From Octopus sinensis (taxonomy: Eukaryota), in the NCBI RefSeq assembly GCF_006345805.1, contig NC_043015.1:22568001-22632000 (forward strand): a DNA stretch of 64,000 nucleotides, written 5' to 3'. The notes under the pieces are model-generated. The model did no database searches. It was not told the origin of the DNA and worked only from the letters and a program-made list of their open reading frames with translations. Every line of letters starts with the position of its first letter. The first letter of the stretch is position 1. Shown here piece after piece: positions 26,973-38,667 of the stretch. The position numbers were made by a program, and so were the translations under genes.

Positions 26973-27514
26973 AGCAATAATAAATCTCTGAACGAGATGT
27001 AAACAGTAACCGCTCGACAACGTAGTATCATCCTCTCCAGCTGGCTTTAGGCACACATTCTGTGCTCTTATGGTATTTGCAAAGGGAGGGCGGGGTTAAA
27101 AGCTACAGTAACACACCCCCTTAGTGGTTAGCCATATTGAGATGGCTAGTATACTTTACGTTGTCGAGCGGTTACTATTTACATCTCGTTCAGAGATTTA
27201 TTATTGCTTGCAGACAGTTTTTCGAAATCAGTGACGGAAGTTACTAGAAAAATCCATAAGTATTTGCAAACAGGTCTTCCTTTAATCGTAAACCGGTGAT
27301 TACCGTACGTTGACAAGAGGCAAATACCTCGAAACTGCAGTCCGTGCGTATCACTTAGGTTTACGAGAGAAGGATGACCTCCCTTTGCAAATACCATACG
27401 GGCACAGAAAGTGTGCCTAAAGCCAGCTGGAGACGATGATCTCCTGGGGCTAAAAGCTACAGTAACACCCACCCTTAGTGGTTAGCCATATTGAGATGGC
27501 TAGTATATTTTACG

Positions 27515-27516
<2 letters not shown>
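26973..27516 (+). mobile_element. Non-coding HHR-bearing element: inverted 5' piece plus a 354-nt unit with 71-nt terminal redundancy
   Basis: 27092-27162 repeats at 27446-27516. 26973-27024 is the reverse complement of 27157-27208, and 27027-27089 is the reverse complement of 27378-27440. (AT)n on both sides. Confidence 0.75.
27304..27348 (+). ncRNA. Type I hammerhead ribozyme, core-mutated copy
   Basis: Stem I CGTACG/CGTGCG; core TTGACAA (two transitions from CTGACGA); stem II GAGG-CAAATA-CCTC; GAAA; palindromic CTGCAG; GTC triplet ending at 27342. Confidence 0.65.
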
Positions 27517-27603
<87 letters not shown>

Positions 27604-29064
27604 AGGAGAGAGAGAGATAATACATAGATACATACATACATACATATATGTGTGAGTATGTTTACTTGTGCGTTTGCGCGCGCACTTTACTTTTCGTACA
27701 AGTGTGGCTGTGTAATATTTGTATGTATTAATATGAATGTGTATTTGTATATATACATCTATACAGGAAAGTTCTTAACGAATGATAGATTTTTGTTTCT
27801 TTTTAGCGTGTGATATTTTGACAAAAACAAATAAATCATAAATTGCATTTGATTGTATAAAATTGATACATGAATATTATATTTAGTTTTCTTTAATCAA
27901 CATATTTTCGAACTTGTTTATGTTGTGTAAATTTTAGATATTTAAAAGTAATTGTTTTATAACCTAACAAAAAAGAAATGTTTTAAAAGATTGGGGGTTT
28001 TATTTTAAACTAATGTACTTGTTAAACACACATACACACGTACATTTGTATGCTCATATATACAGTTACAAATGTTTGTGCACATACACACACACACACA
28101 CACACAATCATTTATCCATGGTTCAGTCAATACACTGCGGCCATGCTGGAGCACGACCTTAAAGAATTTTAGTCAAACGATTCAACCTCTGTTATTATAC
28201 ATTTTTATGCGTGTTAATTACTGTATCGGTTCTTCAACGGAAACGCTGAGTTACGAGGACATCCATACATCCATCCATACACACATACATGTGTGTGTTT
28301 GTGTGCGCCCGCACACAAACGCTTGTAAATGTATATATGAGCATACGAATGTACATACGTATGTGTGCTTAACATGTACTCTACATTCAAATAAAACGTC
28401 CAATATTTAAAAATACCTCATTTTTGTTAGGTGGTAGTGTATTTACTTTTAAATATTTAAAATTAACACAACATGAACAAGTTTGAAAATATATAGCTTA
28501 CATTAATTCAATATAAATTTCATGTACCAAATTAATGCAATTAAATGCATTGAAAAGCAATTACTTATAATTAATACTCGATTAAACATATGTGAAATTT
28601 ATAAATTTCTTTTCGTCAAGAACTTCTGTGTATTGTGTATCAACAAATATACATTCATATTGATATGTACTAATATAAGAAAATGATACTTGTAAGAAAA
28701 TTATATCCCGCTCACAGACACACACACACACACACAGGTACACAGGCATGCACACTTACACATACACACGCGCGCACTCACACGCCAAAACGCACACATA
28801 CATTTACTATGTGTTTATAAAATTGCAATTACCTGCAATATTTTTCAGAAACTCCTCTCAAAGGGAATCCCCTTCTGAATGCAGAGGGCATCCTGAACGA
28901 AGTCCTCTGGTTTTACAAAACATGCCATTTTAAGAGATTTCTCTGAAGCTGGCATCGTATCTCGTGCCGTTCTACATTTGTATACTCATGAATGTTATGC
29001 AATACAGTAATTTAATCTAAGTCGTTTTCAAGTAAGAATATATATACTTAAGTGAATAAAATTC

Positions 29065-29065
<1 letters not shown>

Positions 29066-29155
<90 letters not shown>

Positions 29156-29160
29156 GTCTG
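29066..29160. repeat. (TATC)n tetranucleotide array (also at ~46450-46590)
   Basis: Direct reading. Confidence 0.95.
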
Positions 29161-29204
29161 TGTATCTATCGATGTATCTACATACATATGTATGTATGTA
29201 TGTT

Positions 29205-29236
<32 letters not shown>

Positions 29237-29245
29237 ATATATATA

Positions 29246-29644
29246 GGCGCAGGAGTGGCTGTGTGGTAAGTAGCTTGCTAACCAACCACATGGTTCCGGG
29301 TTGAGTCCCACTGCGTGGCATCTTGGGCAAGTGTCTTCTGCTATAGCCCCGGGCCGACCAATGCCTTGTGAGTGGATTTGGTAGACGGAAACTGAAAGAA
29401 GCCTGTCGTATATATGTAAATATATATATAAGTGTGTGTGTGTCTGTGTTTGTCCCCCTAGCATTGCTTGACAACCGATGCTGGTGTGTTTACGTCCCCG
29501 TCACTTAGCGGTTCGGCAAAAGAGACCGATAGAATAAGTACTGGGCTTACAAAGAACAAGTCCCGGGGTCGATTTGCTCGACTAAAGGCGGTGCTCCAGC
29601 ATGGCCGCAGTCAAATGACTGAAACAAGTAAAAGATTAAAAGAG
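29246..29644 (+). mobile_element. tRNA-derived SINE, family A (full length, young-looking)
   Basis: GGCGCAGGAGTGGCTGTGTGGTAAG..GGTTGAGTCCCAC head (A/B boxes) through a GAAACAAGTAAAAGA tail. Octopus tRNA-SINEs (OK/OR1/OR2) are known, but the names cannot be assigned here without a library. Confidence 0.9.
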
Positions 29645-30363
29645 TATATATTCATGTGTGTTTGTGTGTTTGTAAACGGTGTGTGTTTGTATGTATATTT
29701 TTCCATGGAGGTTTATTTTATGTTTACCGGTATAAAACTGATATTGTTCAACAAACTTAACTAACTCTGTCAGTGAATTCCATAAAAAGTGACCGCCAAA
29801 ATAATGCTCCAGACAGAATTAAACACTGGGATAGCTATGACCGCTATTTTTAATATTTTAGACATTGTGGTCTTTGTTCCACTAAGGTTAGAGTTCTCTA
29901 ACTAAAACCCGTAAAAGGAAGAAAAGTAATAAAACTGTTGTCATTATTATTATTATTATTTTTGTTGTTGTTGTTGTTGTTGTTGTTGTTATATCACATA
30001 TTGTTTTTAATGGTAGTTTTCGCAATTTTAAGTAAGGGGATTGTCTTGGAAAGATATCTTTTTATACATCAGTTGTCAATATTTCTGGTCTAATGCACCC
30101 TAGATAACACACCACAAGTATAATATTTCAAAATGGAAGAACTTAGAGCTCCGTAATCGGGAAATATGTATTGTTTGTTCTGCTGTGAAAAGTAATTTCA
30201 CATATACTAACAGTGATTCAACTTCTCTCTCTTTCTTTGATAGTCAATTTAGCGCTGTCTGTCAAAAGATAATATGATTTTATAACATACACATGCACAC
30301 TCACAACCACTCATGTAAGTGGACACGCTTCTCACTCTTAGTTTCTCTTTGCACACACACACT

Positions 30364-30407
<44 letters not shown>

Positions 30408-30417
30408 ATAATATATT

Positions 30418-30471
<54 letters not shown>

Positions 30472-31279
30472 TTATATATATATATATATATGTGTGTTGT
30501 GTGTGTGTGTGTGTGTATACATGTATATTTATGTATTTATGTATATGGAAATAAATAATATATATATGTATATATATATATACACATACACACACATATA
30601 TATAAATATGCATGTACATATATCTATGAGTATGCGTCTAAGAATATATACATACATCCTTGTATACTCATATGTGTGTGTTTTTAAGTATTTTAAAATC
30701 TTCCATAACTATTATGTACATACGATAAAGTTATTTACGTAAGATAGGTGCAGTACGTAGCATTAATATATTACGTAAGCCATGCTTATGGTGCTTATGA
30801 ATAAACCTTGTGGGTTTGGTATAATATTAGTCAGGACCTTCTTTAAAAAAAATCTATTCTTAGCAAGGCCAGTTTTATTAATAGAATTGTTCGCTTCCTG
30901 CCTCTCCCCATTCAAGTCTACTTTCTTACTTTTCAAACTATAATATTTTGAGGCATATCACTGACCAAACTATTGCTTTTCTGAAAGATAAACACGGCTA
31001 TGGAGTGTAATGTCATTGATGATAAAAGACGATGCACACTACAATGAGATAACCTAAAGGAAACTCACTGATACATATTTAGATGTATTTTATATCGTTC
31101 AGTTGTCCGTGAATCAGAGAAGCAAACTCTAAAATAAATTTTGAACAGCTTCACGAGTAGTATAATTCTTGGTTATGTTATAAACCAGTCGCAAAATTAC
31201 CGTTCGTTCCCCGTCTATCTTTAGCTGTATACATTACTAATTTGCCATGCTGACCGGAGACACTAAGCGTCTTTAATAC

Positions 31280-31500
31280 TAAAGGTAATTGTGCAGCCTT
31301 GCTCAAGGTAGAAGTAGCGCAAGGTTCACCCAATTTAACGAACTATATCGATATGTTTACGAGAAAAAGCCTATACTTCTGCTAAGGAGTTTAACAATGA
31401 AAGGGAGGTAATGATGTACGGCTGATAAACCATTTTGTTCGACAAAGGTTCCTCCTAGGTTAAAGGAACTAATGAAAAATTGTTGATATGGTGATGGGAG
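31280..31500 (+). pseudogene. Possible ancient Helitron/PIF1 helicase relic
   Basis: Frameshifted AALL..GR.A and DKGSS*VKGTNEKLLIW resemble IAATLLxGGRTAH and KGS....KLIIWDE. Weak. Confidence 0.25.
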
Positions 31501-32167
31501 CATTCTAAAGCGCAGACATCTACGATGTCCTAGCATTCGCTATACTTACGAGAATTTTTCGTCAAAGTTAATCACAGATAAAACCACCCATAAAAGGCAA
31601 TTAAAAGAATTGACATCATACAAAAGTAACCGTAAGCCTTTTGAACAAGCCGCGTCATACTTCAAAGTTTGTAGACGGTGCAAAATTTAATTAGTCAAGA
31701 GGACAATAATTTAAAGCAATTGCACGCGTTGGCTTGAACTCAGAAAATTGATATATTTAACCGCTGCCCACACGACAGAACATTCGTTTTCGAAACATTG
31801 TGCTTCACAATTTATAAACTAGTAAACTCAAGAAAGCCTACGCAATAACAACTCAAACCTTCCTCCATTTCTTGGAGGGTCTAAGGAGAGGCAACTCATT
31901 TTTCCCTTTGAGGAAAGGGTCTATTTTCGATTCATTTTGTTTCTAAAACCAAGCCAACCAATATTTTTCTTTTTCTCCAGTATTAAATATTCTATGTGGT
32001 TCCGGCACATATCAGATAAGACATCTCACTATTGCCAAGTTCAATAGTGACATGGAACAAATGGAAATTTCTTGACCGATTATAAGTCACAACCAGGAAT
32101 ATACTACTCGATTATACAGAAGCATTTGTATGTAATATATATACATTCATATATGTACATATATATA

Positions 32168-32256
<89 letters not shown>

Positions 32257-33703
32257 TGTGTATGTATGTGTGTGTGTGTGTAACTTGTATCACATGACGG
32301 TCATTATGACTAATTGTCAAACGCACAGGTACCATTTCAATTCTGTTACACTTTACTGTCTGTACGTTAACTTTTAAACAATAAAACAATCGATATTTGA
32401 TTAATAACTTAATCTTGTCAAAAGAATTCTATCGCCAACTGCGCCCTTATCAAATCGATGAACCAAATGGTTGAATGTAAATACATTGAATGATAAAGAT
32501 TAGATTTGTGAAATAGAACCAGCACATGAACATTTTATTATAGTATCATCATCCCCCCAGCAATACAAGAAAACCATTTTTTATCTCTGTATATATATAT
32601 ATATGAATGTGTACATGAGTCATGAGGTTTCAAATGTAGGCTAAATATCAAAAACCTATTAAGAATTCCCTAGCTGGTGTTGTACGGAATATCTCTGAAG
32701 AGATTGGAGATTACCACATGGTGTTATTTGAACATGGAATACAAAGAGGTGTAACAAAACAATGCGAAACCGTTATTTCTGGCAGATCAAATTACTGCGT
32801 AAATGTTTTCTCCTTCACTCTCGTTTTTCAGTTCATTATGCTTGTTGTTATTCTCATTTCTTGGACATTGGACAACACCCAGTCATCATGAATTCTTTAA
32901 CTATTTTGACAGGACATGTTTAAAATTTGAGTTTGTACACTACAAAGAATCTTATTTCCTGACGCTCAAAGCAATTTTAACTTCGCAGTTATCTCAAGTG
33001 AGAAAATAATATGGAAGCTTTTCCAAACAGTTCCTGATAGTTTTTCAGAACCGCTTCTTTTAAAATATTTATAATAATTTTATGCAAAAATCTTTTGTTG
33101 TGTCCCAAGCATTGGCTTGATAGAGAAATAAATGTAGAAGTTATTTTACTAAATATACTACATCTGTTATGAACCATGCAACGACTAGACTTTATATGCC
33201 TCAGGAGATTCACATCGTTCTCTGTTTTGCATTCGCATTCTTTTATTCATTTTCCCTTTCTATTGCTTCGTTTGTTTTCTTGGTTAGAATTCAGCTTTAA
33301 GCAGGAAATTTGTTAATAAAACGTTAATTAGTGAAGTGTTTCTTTTCCGTTTTCGCCCGTTGCCTCTTTGTGTGAGAATACATTTATTTTTTTATGTTTC
33401 TTCTAAATGATGACTGAATTATGTTTTCGCATATTTCTCGCTATGATCCATCATTGTTTCCTTTCTTCTCTCTTCCCTGAACCATTCAAAATTACCTCTA
33501 AGGTGGTATTTATTTATTCTTCTTATTCTTCATAGTTTTCTTACGATTTTTATATTTTCACATCACAGTGGTTTTAAATGCATGGACTATTTCGTTCAAT
33601 ATTAGTTTATAAAACATACACAATAAAAATATCTGCCTGATGCGTAAGGCACTTATTTACATTCGTTTCTTACAATATTGAGGCTTGTATGTAGATCTAA
33701 ACG

Positions 33704-33742
<39 letters not shown>

Positions 33743-33800
33743 CATTATTGGTGAATTGAAGAAATGGAGCTGAACGCAGATTGAACAGGAATCGTTTTAT

Positions 33801-33887
33801 TTCATTCTACACGTGTTTCGAAAGGCACAAATTACCAAAATCCGATTGAATAATGGGACCATATTGTGTCTTTCTCTTCAGGAAGAA
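33801..33887 (-). ncRNA. Type I hammerhead ribozyme in the 3' pLTR
   Basis: Reverse complement reads TTCTTC-CTGAAGA-GAAAGACACAA...TTGTGCCTTTC-GAAA-CACGTG-TA-GAATGAA. Confidence 0.8.
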
Positions 33888-34493
33888 AAAAGGAAATCCG
33901 TTGGAAAAACAAAAACAGAACAGAGGCGGAGCAAAAAACAAATCGAACTGTGCTCCTAAGAGCCCATGGCGAAACTGTTTATCAGTGTATGTTGAGAACC
34001 GGTGGCTGAAGAATTCAACGGGTCAGTCATCGGTCAATCATGTGGGTGAGGGTGTATAGATGTTCTTTGTGACCGAGAATAAGATCTGACTATTTAAAGA
34101 ATATTGGATGTTTTATAAGTGGCGAGAAAAAATCTACTTAGAGACGTGTGTGTGTGTATACTGTTCTATATATGTGTGTGTTGGCGTAGGGGTAGAAAAC
34201 ATTTTTTGTGTACGTGTGTGCGTTTGATCGTTCGGCTGTCAGTGGCTACTGCCGTGATAACCGTTGGGTGGCAGAAAGAAAAAAATAATAAAATTATATA
34301 TATATATTATGTTTTATGTGTGTGTGTGTTCATCTAAGCCTACCTTGTCAAGGAAAACCCCCCGCTGTGAAAAAACCAAGCCCCGTTTGTCTTACATGAG
34401 TAATTCCCCTTGCAGTGGTCAATCGTAGATATCTTAAAGGCTATTTCAGAATTTGTTACCAAGGGCTATGGGTGCCGGTATTATTTATAAACG

Positions 34494-34860
34494 CTATTTA
34501 AGGCCAGATAAGTGTAACGCCGCCAATGGGGGCATCGAAAAGCCGACTGTAAGAGCCCGTTTACCATCCGGCCTCTGGCAAACAAAATATGGAAGAGTTC
34601 GGAGACACAAAGGTTGCACTGTCTTCTGCCCATCAAATGGAGGGGCCACCGACAAAATTGACCATTCCAGCCTATAGCTTAAGTTCGCATCCTTCAGTCG
34701 CCATATTAGCTTACTGAGTCCCGTGGTCTGGCGCTTGTTCACGTCCCGAAAAGTTGCGTAATGGTTGGAGACACGCAAAGACAATCTTGAGGATGATGCC
34801 CCTACATAAGTGAAGGCATCTGAGTCCGTGTAACCTTGCATTGGTAGACGCGTTTTTGAT
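34494..34860 (-). pseudogene. GIY-YIG endonuclease of the PLE, frameshifted
   Basis: RVYQCKVT / TYVGASSSRLSLRVSNHYATF..TGLSKLIWRLKD..WSIL / QCNLCVSE..RCPH across two frameshifts. Confidence 0.85.
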
Positions 34861-36078
34861 CTTGGAGTTCGCCGACGTGAATCTTAATCTGCTAGGATTG
34901 GTTTCTGAAATTAGAACTGCGTTCCTGTCACTATATTCGTTCCGAGACCTGCAGCCGCGTACTACTCTATTTTCCACTACGTCACTATTAACTATAGGAA
35001 TAACCCCTGATTCTCCACTATCTATCAGAGTGCTGTCATTGCTACTGCCCGTGGTACTGCTATTGCGGGAAATGATGCTGGGGATGCTAATGGGGCTCTC
35101 TACCCTACTCCCATTGTTACCGTCAACCACAACACCCCTATTTATAACAATACCCCTAGTGGGTACTCCCTGGCTGGAGCTGAGATTATGTGTCACTGTA
35201 CTGGCTCTCATATCATTATTACTACTATAATTATTCCTACTGAGCATTAAACCGGGAGCGGAAGAGGCTGTGCCTCCGGAAAAAGGTGATAGGGTCTTAG
35301 TAAGTAGCCTATTATTATGGGAGGCGATTATCTGGGCGAGGTTTTTAGTGTTGGAGAAAGCAATCCTAACTTTATGTGAGTTAACCGTGGAGTAATATTT
35401 GGAATTTCTGGGGAAGTTATTGGCGATGGCTTGTCTAAACATGAGGGGGAGGTTAGTTCTAATCTGCTTACCAAAGGGGATTACAAACCATATATGCTTA
35501 TTCCTATCAGTGTGATGGGTCGGGACGGCAGCTCTCGCATTCGGGTGGGTGATTCTCGGATGAACAACGGGTCTTGGGTTAGTGTAAGACCTCCCGGATC
35601 GATAATTATCCTTGTTCGCTAAATTAAATGCGGGAGCGACTACCCCGGCATCCGCCGCGCTCCCGTCCTTACTTAAAATGTTAATGTTATTATATACGGC
35701 CCTATCCTGATTACCGAATGATGGCATCGGAAGGGCCGGATCAATATAAATTACCTTCTGCCTATAACCGGCCTTGGATAGTGCGGCGTTATAGAATTCC
35801 GCTTTCTGCATAAAAATATCGGCACTGGCGGACAAGCCAGACAATCTTAGAGAGATGTTTTTAACCAAATTGTCTGTTACGGTTTTGGCATGATTTGAGA
35901 AGACACTGACATACTTCAAATTAGTGGAAGGCTTATGGTAAGGGCAGTATGAGTCGCTATTAAGGTTAAGTGTAACGTCTAGGAAATTAGCCTTGGTGAG
36001 TTCATTATCAAAAACTATACTCATGCCCATTCTATTAAAAAACCTAGCTAACCTGCTCTTAGTTTTCTGCCCTCCCAT
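34711..36078 (-). CDS. PLE polyprotein fragment: RT C-terminus/thumb and linker (455 codons open; the ATG is created by the inversion junction)
   Basis: NFLDVTLNL..YCPYHKP..YVSVFSNH..LRLSGLS..YNAALSKAGY and IWF.IPF...TN....F...I..NFP......VN...V.IAFS.TKNL.QII.SHN, typical PLE RT-thumb motifs. Confidence 0.8.
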   Translation of the reverse strand: MGGQKTKSRLARFFNRMGMSIVFDNELTKANFLDVTLNLNSDSYCPYHKPSTNLKYVSVFSNHAKTVTDNLVKNISLRLSGLSASADIFMQKAEFYNAALSKAGYRQKVIYIDPALPMPSFGNQDRAVYNNINILSKDGSAADAGVVAPAFNLANKDNYRSGRSYTNPRPVVHPRITHPNARAAVPTHHTDRNKHIWFVIPFGKQIRTNLPLMFRQAIANNFPRNSKYYSTVNSHKVRIAFSNTKNLAQIIASHNNRLLTKTLSPFSGGTASSAPGLMLSRNNYSSNNDMRASTVTHNLSSSQGVPTRGIVINRGVVVDGNNGSRVESPISIPSIISRNSSTTGSSNDSTLIDSGESGVIPIVNSDVVENRVVRGCRSRNEYSDRNAVLISETNPSRLRFTSANSKIKNASTNARLHGLRCLHLCRGIILKIVFACLQPLRNFSGREQAPDHGTQ

Positions 36079-36830
36079 TTGATAGGGGCAGAAGACAGTG
36101 CAACCTTTGTGTCTCCGAACTCTTCCATATTTTGTTTGCCAGAGGCCGGATGGTAAACGGGCTCTTACAGTCGGCTTTTCGATGCCCCCATTGGCGGCGT
36201 TACACTTATCTGGCCTTTAAATAGAGTTTATAAATAATACCGGCACCCATAGCCCTTGGTAACAAATTCTGAAATAGCCTTTAAGATATCTACGATTGAC
36301 CACTGCAAGGGGAATTACTCATGTAAGACAAACGGGGCTTGGTTTTTTCACAGCGGGGGGTTTTCCTTGACAAGGTAGGCTTAGATGAACACACACACAC
36401 ATAAAACATAATATATATATATAATTTTATTATTTTTTTCTTTCTGCCACCCAACGGTTATCACGGCAGTAGCCACTGACAGCCGAACGATCAAACGCAC
36501 ACACGTACACAAAAAATGTTTTCTACCCCTACGCCAACACACACATATATAGAACATATACACACACACACGTCTCTAAGTAGATTTTTTCTCGCCACTT
36601 ATAAAACATCCAATATTCTTTAAATAGTCAGATCTTTATTCTCGGTCACAAAGAACATCTATACACCCTCACCCACATGATTGACCGATGACTGACCCGT
36701 TGAATTCTTCAGCCACCGGTTCTCAACATACACTGATAAACAGTTTCGCCATGGGCTCTTAGGAGCACAGTTCGATTTGTTTTTTGCTCCGCCTCTGTTC
36801 TGTTTTTGTTTTTCCAACGGATTTCCTTTT

Positions 36831-36917
36831 TTCTTCCTGAAGAGAAAGACACAATATGGTCCCATTATTCAATCGGATTTTGGTAATTTGTGCCTTTCGA
36901 AACACGTGTAGAATGAA
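36831..36917 (+). ncRNA. Type I hammerhead ribozyme in the inverted pLTR copy
   Basis: CTGAAGA 36837-36843; stem II GAAAGACACAA/TTGTGCCTTTC (10 of 11 pairs); GAAA; palindromic CACGTG; GTA cleavage triplet ending at 36910; stem I TTCTTC/GAATGAA with one mismatch. Confidence 0.8.
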
Positions 36918-37127
36918 CTAAAACGATTCCTGTTCAATCTGCGTTCAGCTCCATTTCTTCAATTCACCAATAATGTTTTAATTTCAATTATCCGCACCAA
37001 CGCACGGTTGCAACGCCAGATGGTTGTACCTCCAACCGTGCTGTTTACTGCTGTGATTTTTGCTACTAAGGTATCGGTTAAACTGTTGATTAATCTACTA
37101 CAAGATTATTCATCTTTCTATTTCACA

Positions 37128-37158
<31 letters not shown>

Positions 37159-37160
37159 CA

Positions 37161-37586
37161 CTCTTTTACTCTTTTACTTGTTTCAGTCATTTGACTGCGG
37201 CCATACTGAAGCACCGCCTTTAGTCGAGCAAATCGACCCGGGACTTATTCTTTGTAAGCCCCATACTTATTCTATCGGTCTCTTTCGCCCAACCGCTAAG
37301 TGACGGGGACGTAAACACACCAGTATCGGTTGTCAAGCAATGCTAGGGTGACAAACACACATACACACATACATTTATATATATTATATATATATATATA
37401 ATATATATATATATATATACATATATACGACAGGCTTCTTTCAGTTTCCGTCTACCAAATCCACTCACAAGGCATTGGTCGGCCCGAAGCTATAGCAGAA
37501 GACACTTGCCCAAGATGCCACGCAGTGGGACTGAACCCGGAACCATATGGTTGGTTAGCAAGCTACTTACCACACAGCCACTCCTG
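37161..37586 (-). mobile_element. tRNA-SINE family A (full length)
   Basis: Reverse complement of 29246-29644. Confidence 0.9.
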
Positions 37587-37649
37587 TGAAGGTGCGTGAT
37601 AAAAATAAGACTGATTGATAATAATAATAATAATAATATATATATATAT

Positions 37650-37920
37650 CGTTAATTCAAATAAACAAATAATCAAAACACAGACGAAAAAAAGCGAACA
37701 TGAAGACGTGCAGATTAAATATATAAATTAGACGCTCTATGGAGGGAAATAATTGTTGTTAATGTTTAGAGCATATCTCTTCGTCGCAAAGAAGAGACAG
37801 TAGGAAAAATATGGGAAAATCATGAACAGTCTACGTGCGGTTGCATTTCTGATGTGACCGGAAGTAGAAGTAAGAGAATGTAGTATCTGGGACAGGATCG
37901 TGTGAAGATGGTCAGTGTAC
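37650..37920 (-). mobile_element. PLE terminal fragment with decayed HHR (37756-37790)
   Basis: Reverse complement TTG-CGACGA-AGAG-ATATG-CTCT-AAACATT-A-ACAA; adjoins (AT)n. Confidence 0.4.
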
Positions 37921-37987
37921 GTGTATGTGATTGTGTGTGTGTGTTGTGGCGTGTGTATTTATGAGAGCATGTGTGTGTGTGTGACAG

Positions 37988-38022
<35 letters not shown>

Positions 38023-38667
38023 TATATATATACACTCTCTCTCTCTAGCTAAATATGCTGTTTTTTGTCGGGTAATTTTCAGAATAGAATAGCTTGGTGG
38101 TCTTTCAGAAAATACACACACACATAAGTTGGTTCATCTCCATCCTGACGGTGATTTGTCAAATATTTTTTTACAGCACACACTTGCAAATGATAAAAGA
38201 AAGCTTTCCGAAAAAAAAGTTTTGAAAATTCATGAACCCCCACCGACTCTCCTTTCCCGAATGATTTTGTCCAATGTCCTTTGTACTATGCACCTAAAAG
38301 AAAGAGAAAGATATTTATGATTTTATTCAGCCTCTCCTCCCACGCTGAGTAAATATTTTAGCGAATTTGTTTTGTACTACACTCTTCAAAAGGTTTACCA
38401 TGAGGCAAACGGGAAGCGAAAGAGTTTCACATCTGTTACGTTGCTGTCACATATTTTGAAATGAAAAAAACAAAACAAAAAACAAATGAAAATTTTCAAA
38501 TTTTGGATATTGGCGTACTTCCTCATGCTGAATCAGAGACTGACTAATTTGTTCCATAAAATATTTAGTAAAATGTTACAAAAGTTTAAATTTTAATCTT
38601 TTTCAAACAATCAGAAAACAGGATTTCTGCGTTATGGTGGCGATAAAGATGGTATAGGCACTCGCAA

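Larger units (their letters stand above)
33741..36977 (-). mobile_element. 5'-truncated Penelope-like retroelement with inverted 5' pLTR copy
   Basis: 33741-~34645 and ~36070-36977 are near-identical inverted repeats (identical 68-aa ORFs on opposite strands). The interior encodes a PLE RT thumb and a GIY-YIG nuclease. Confidence 0.92.

Noticed and set aside
26986-27024. CTGAACGA..CTC-GACAACGTA HHR look-alike (also 27157-27195 on minus)
   Set aside because: Two core insertions and no stem I. A much better-formed HHR lies at 27304-27348 on the opposite sense of the unit.
33853-36865. Identical 68-aa ORFs at 33853 (+) and 36659 (-)
   Set aside because: They are antisense to the pLTR/HHR sense and arise from the inverted duplication; no protein features.
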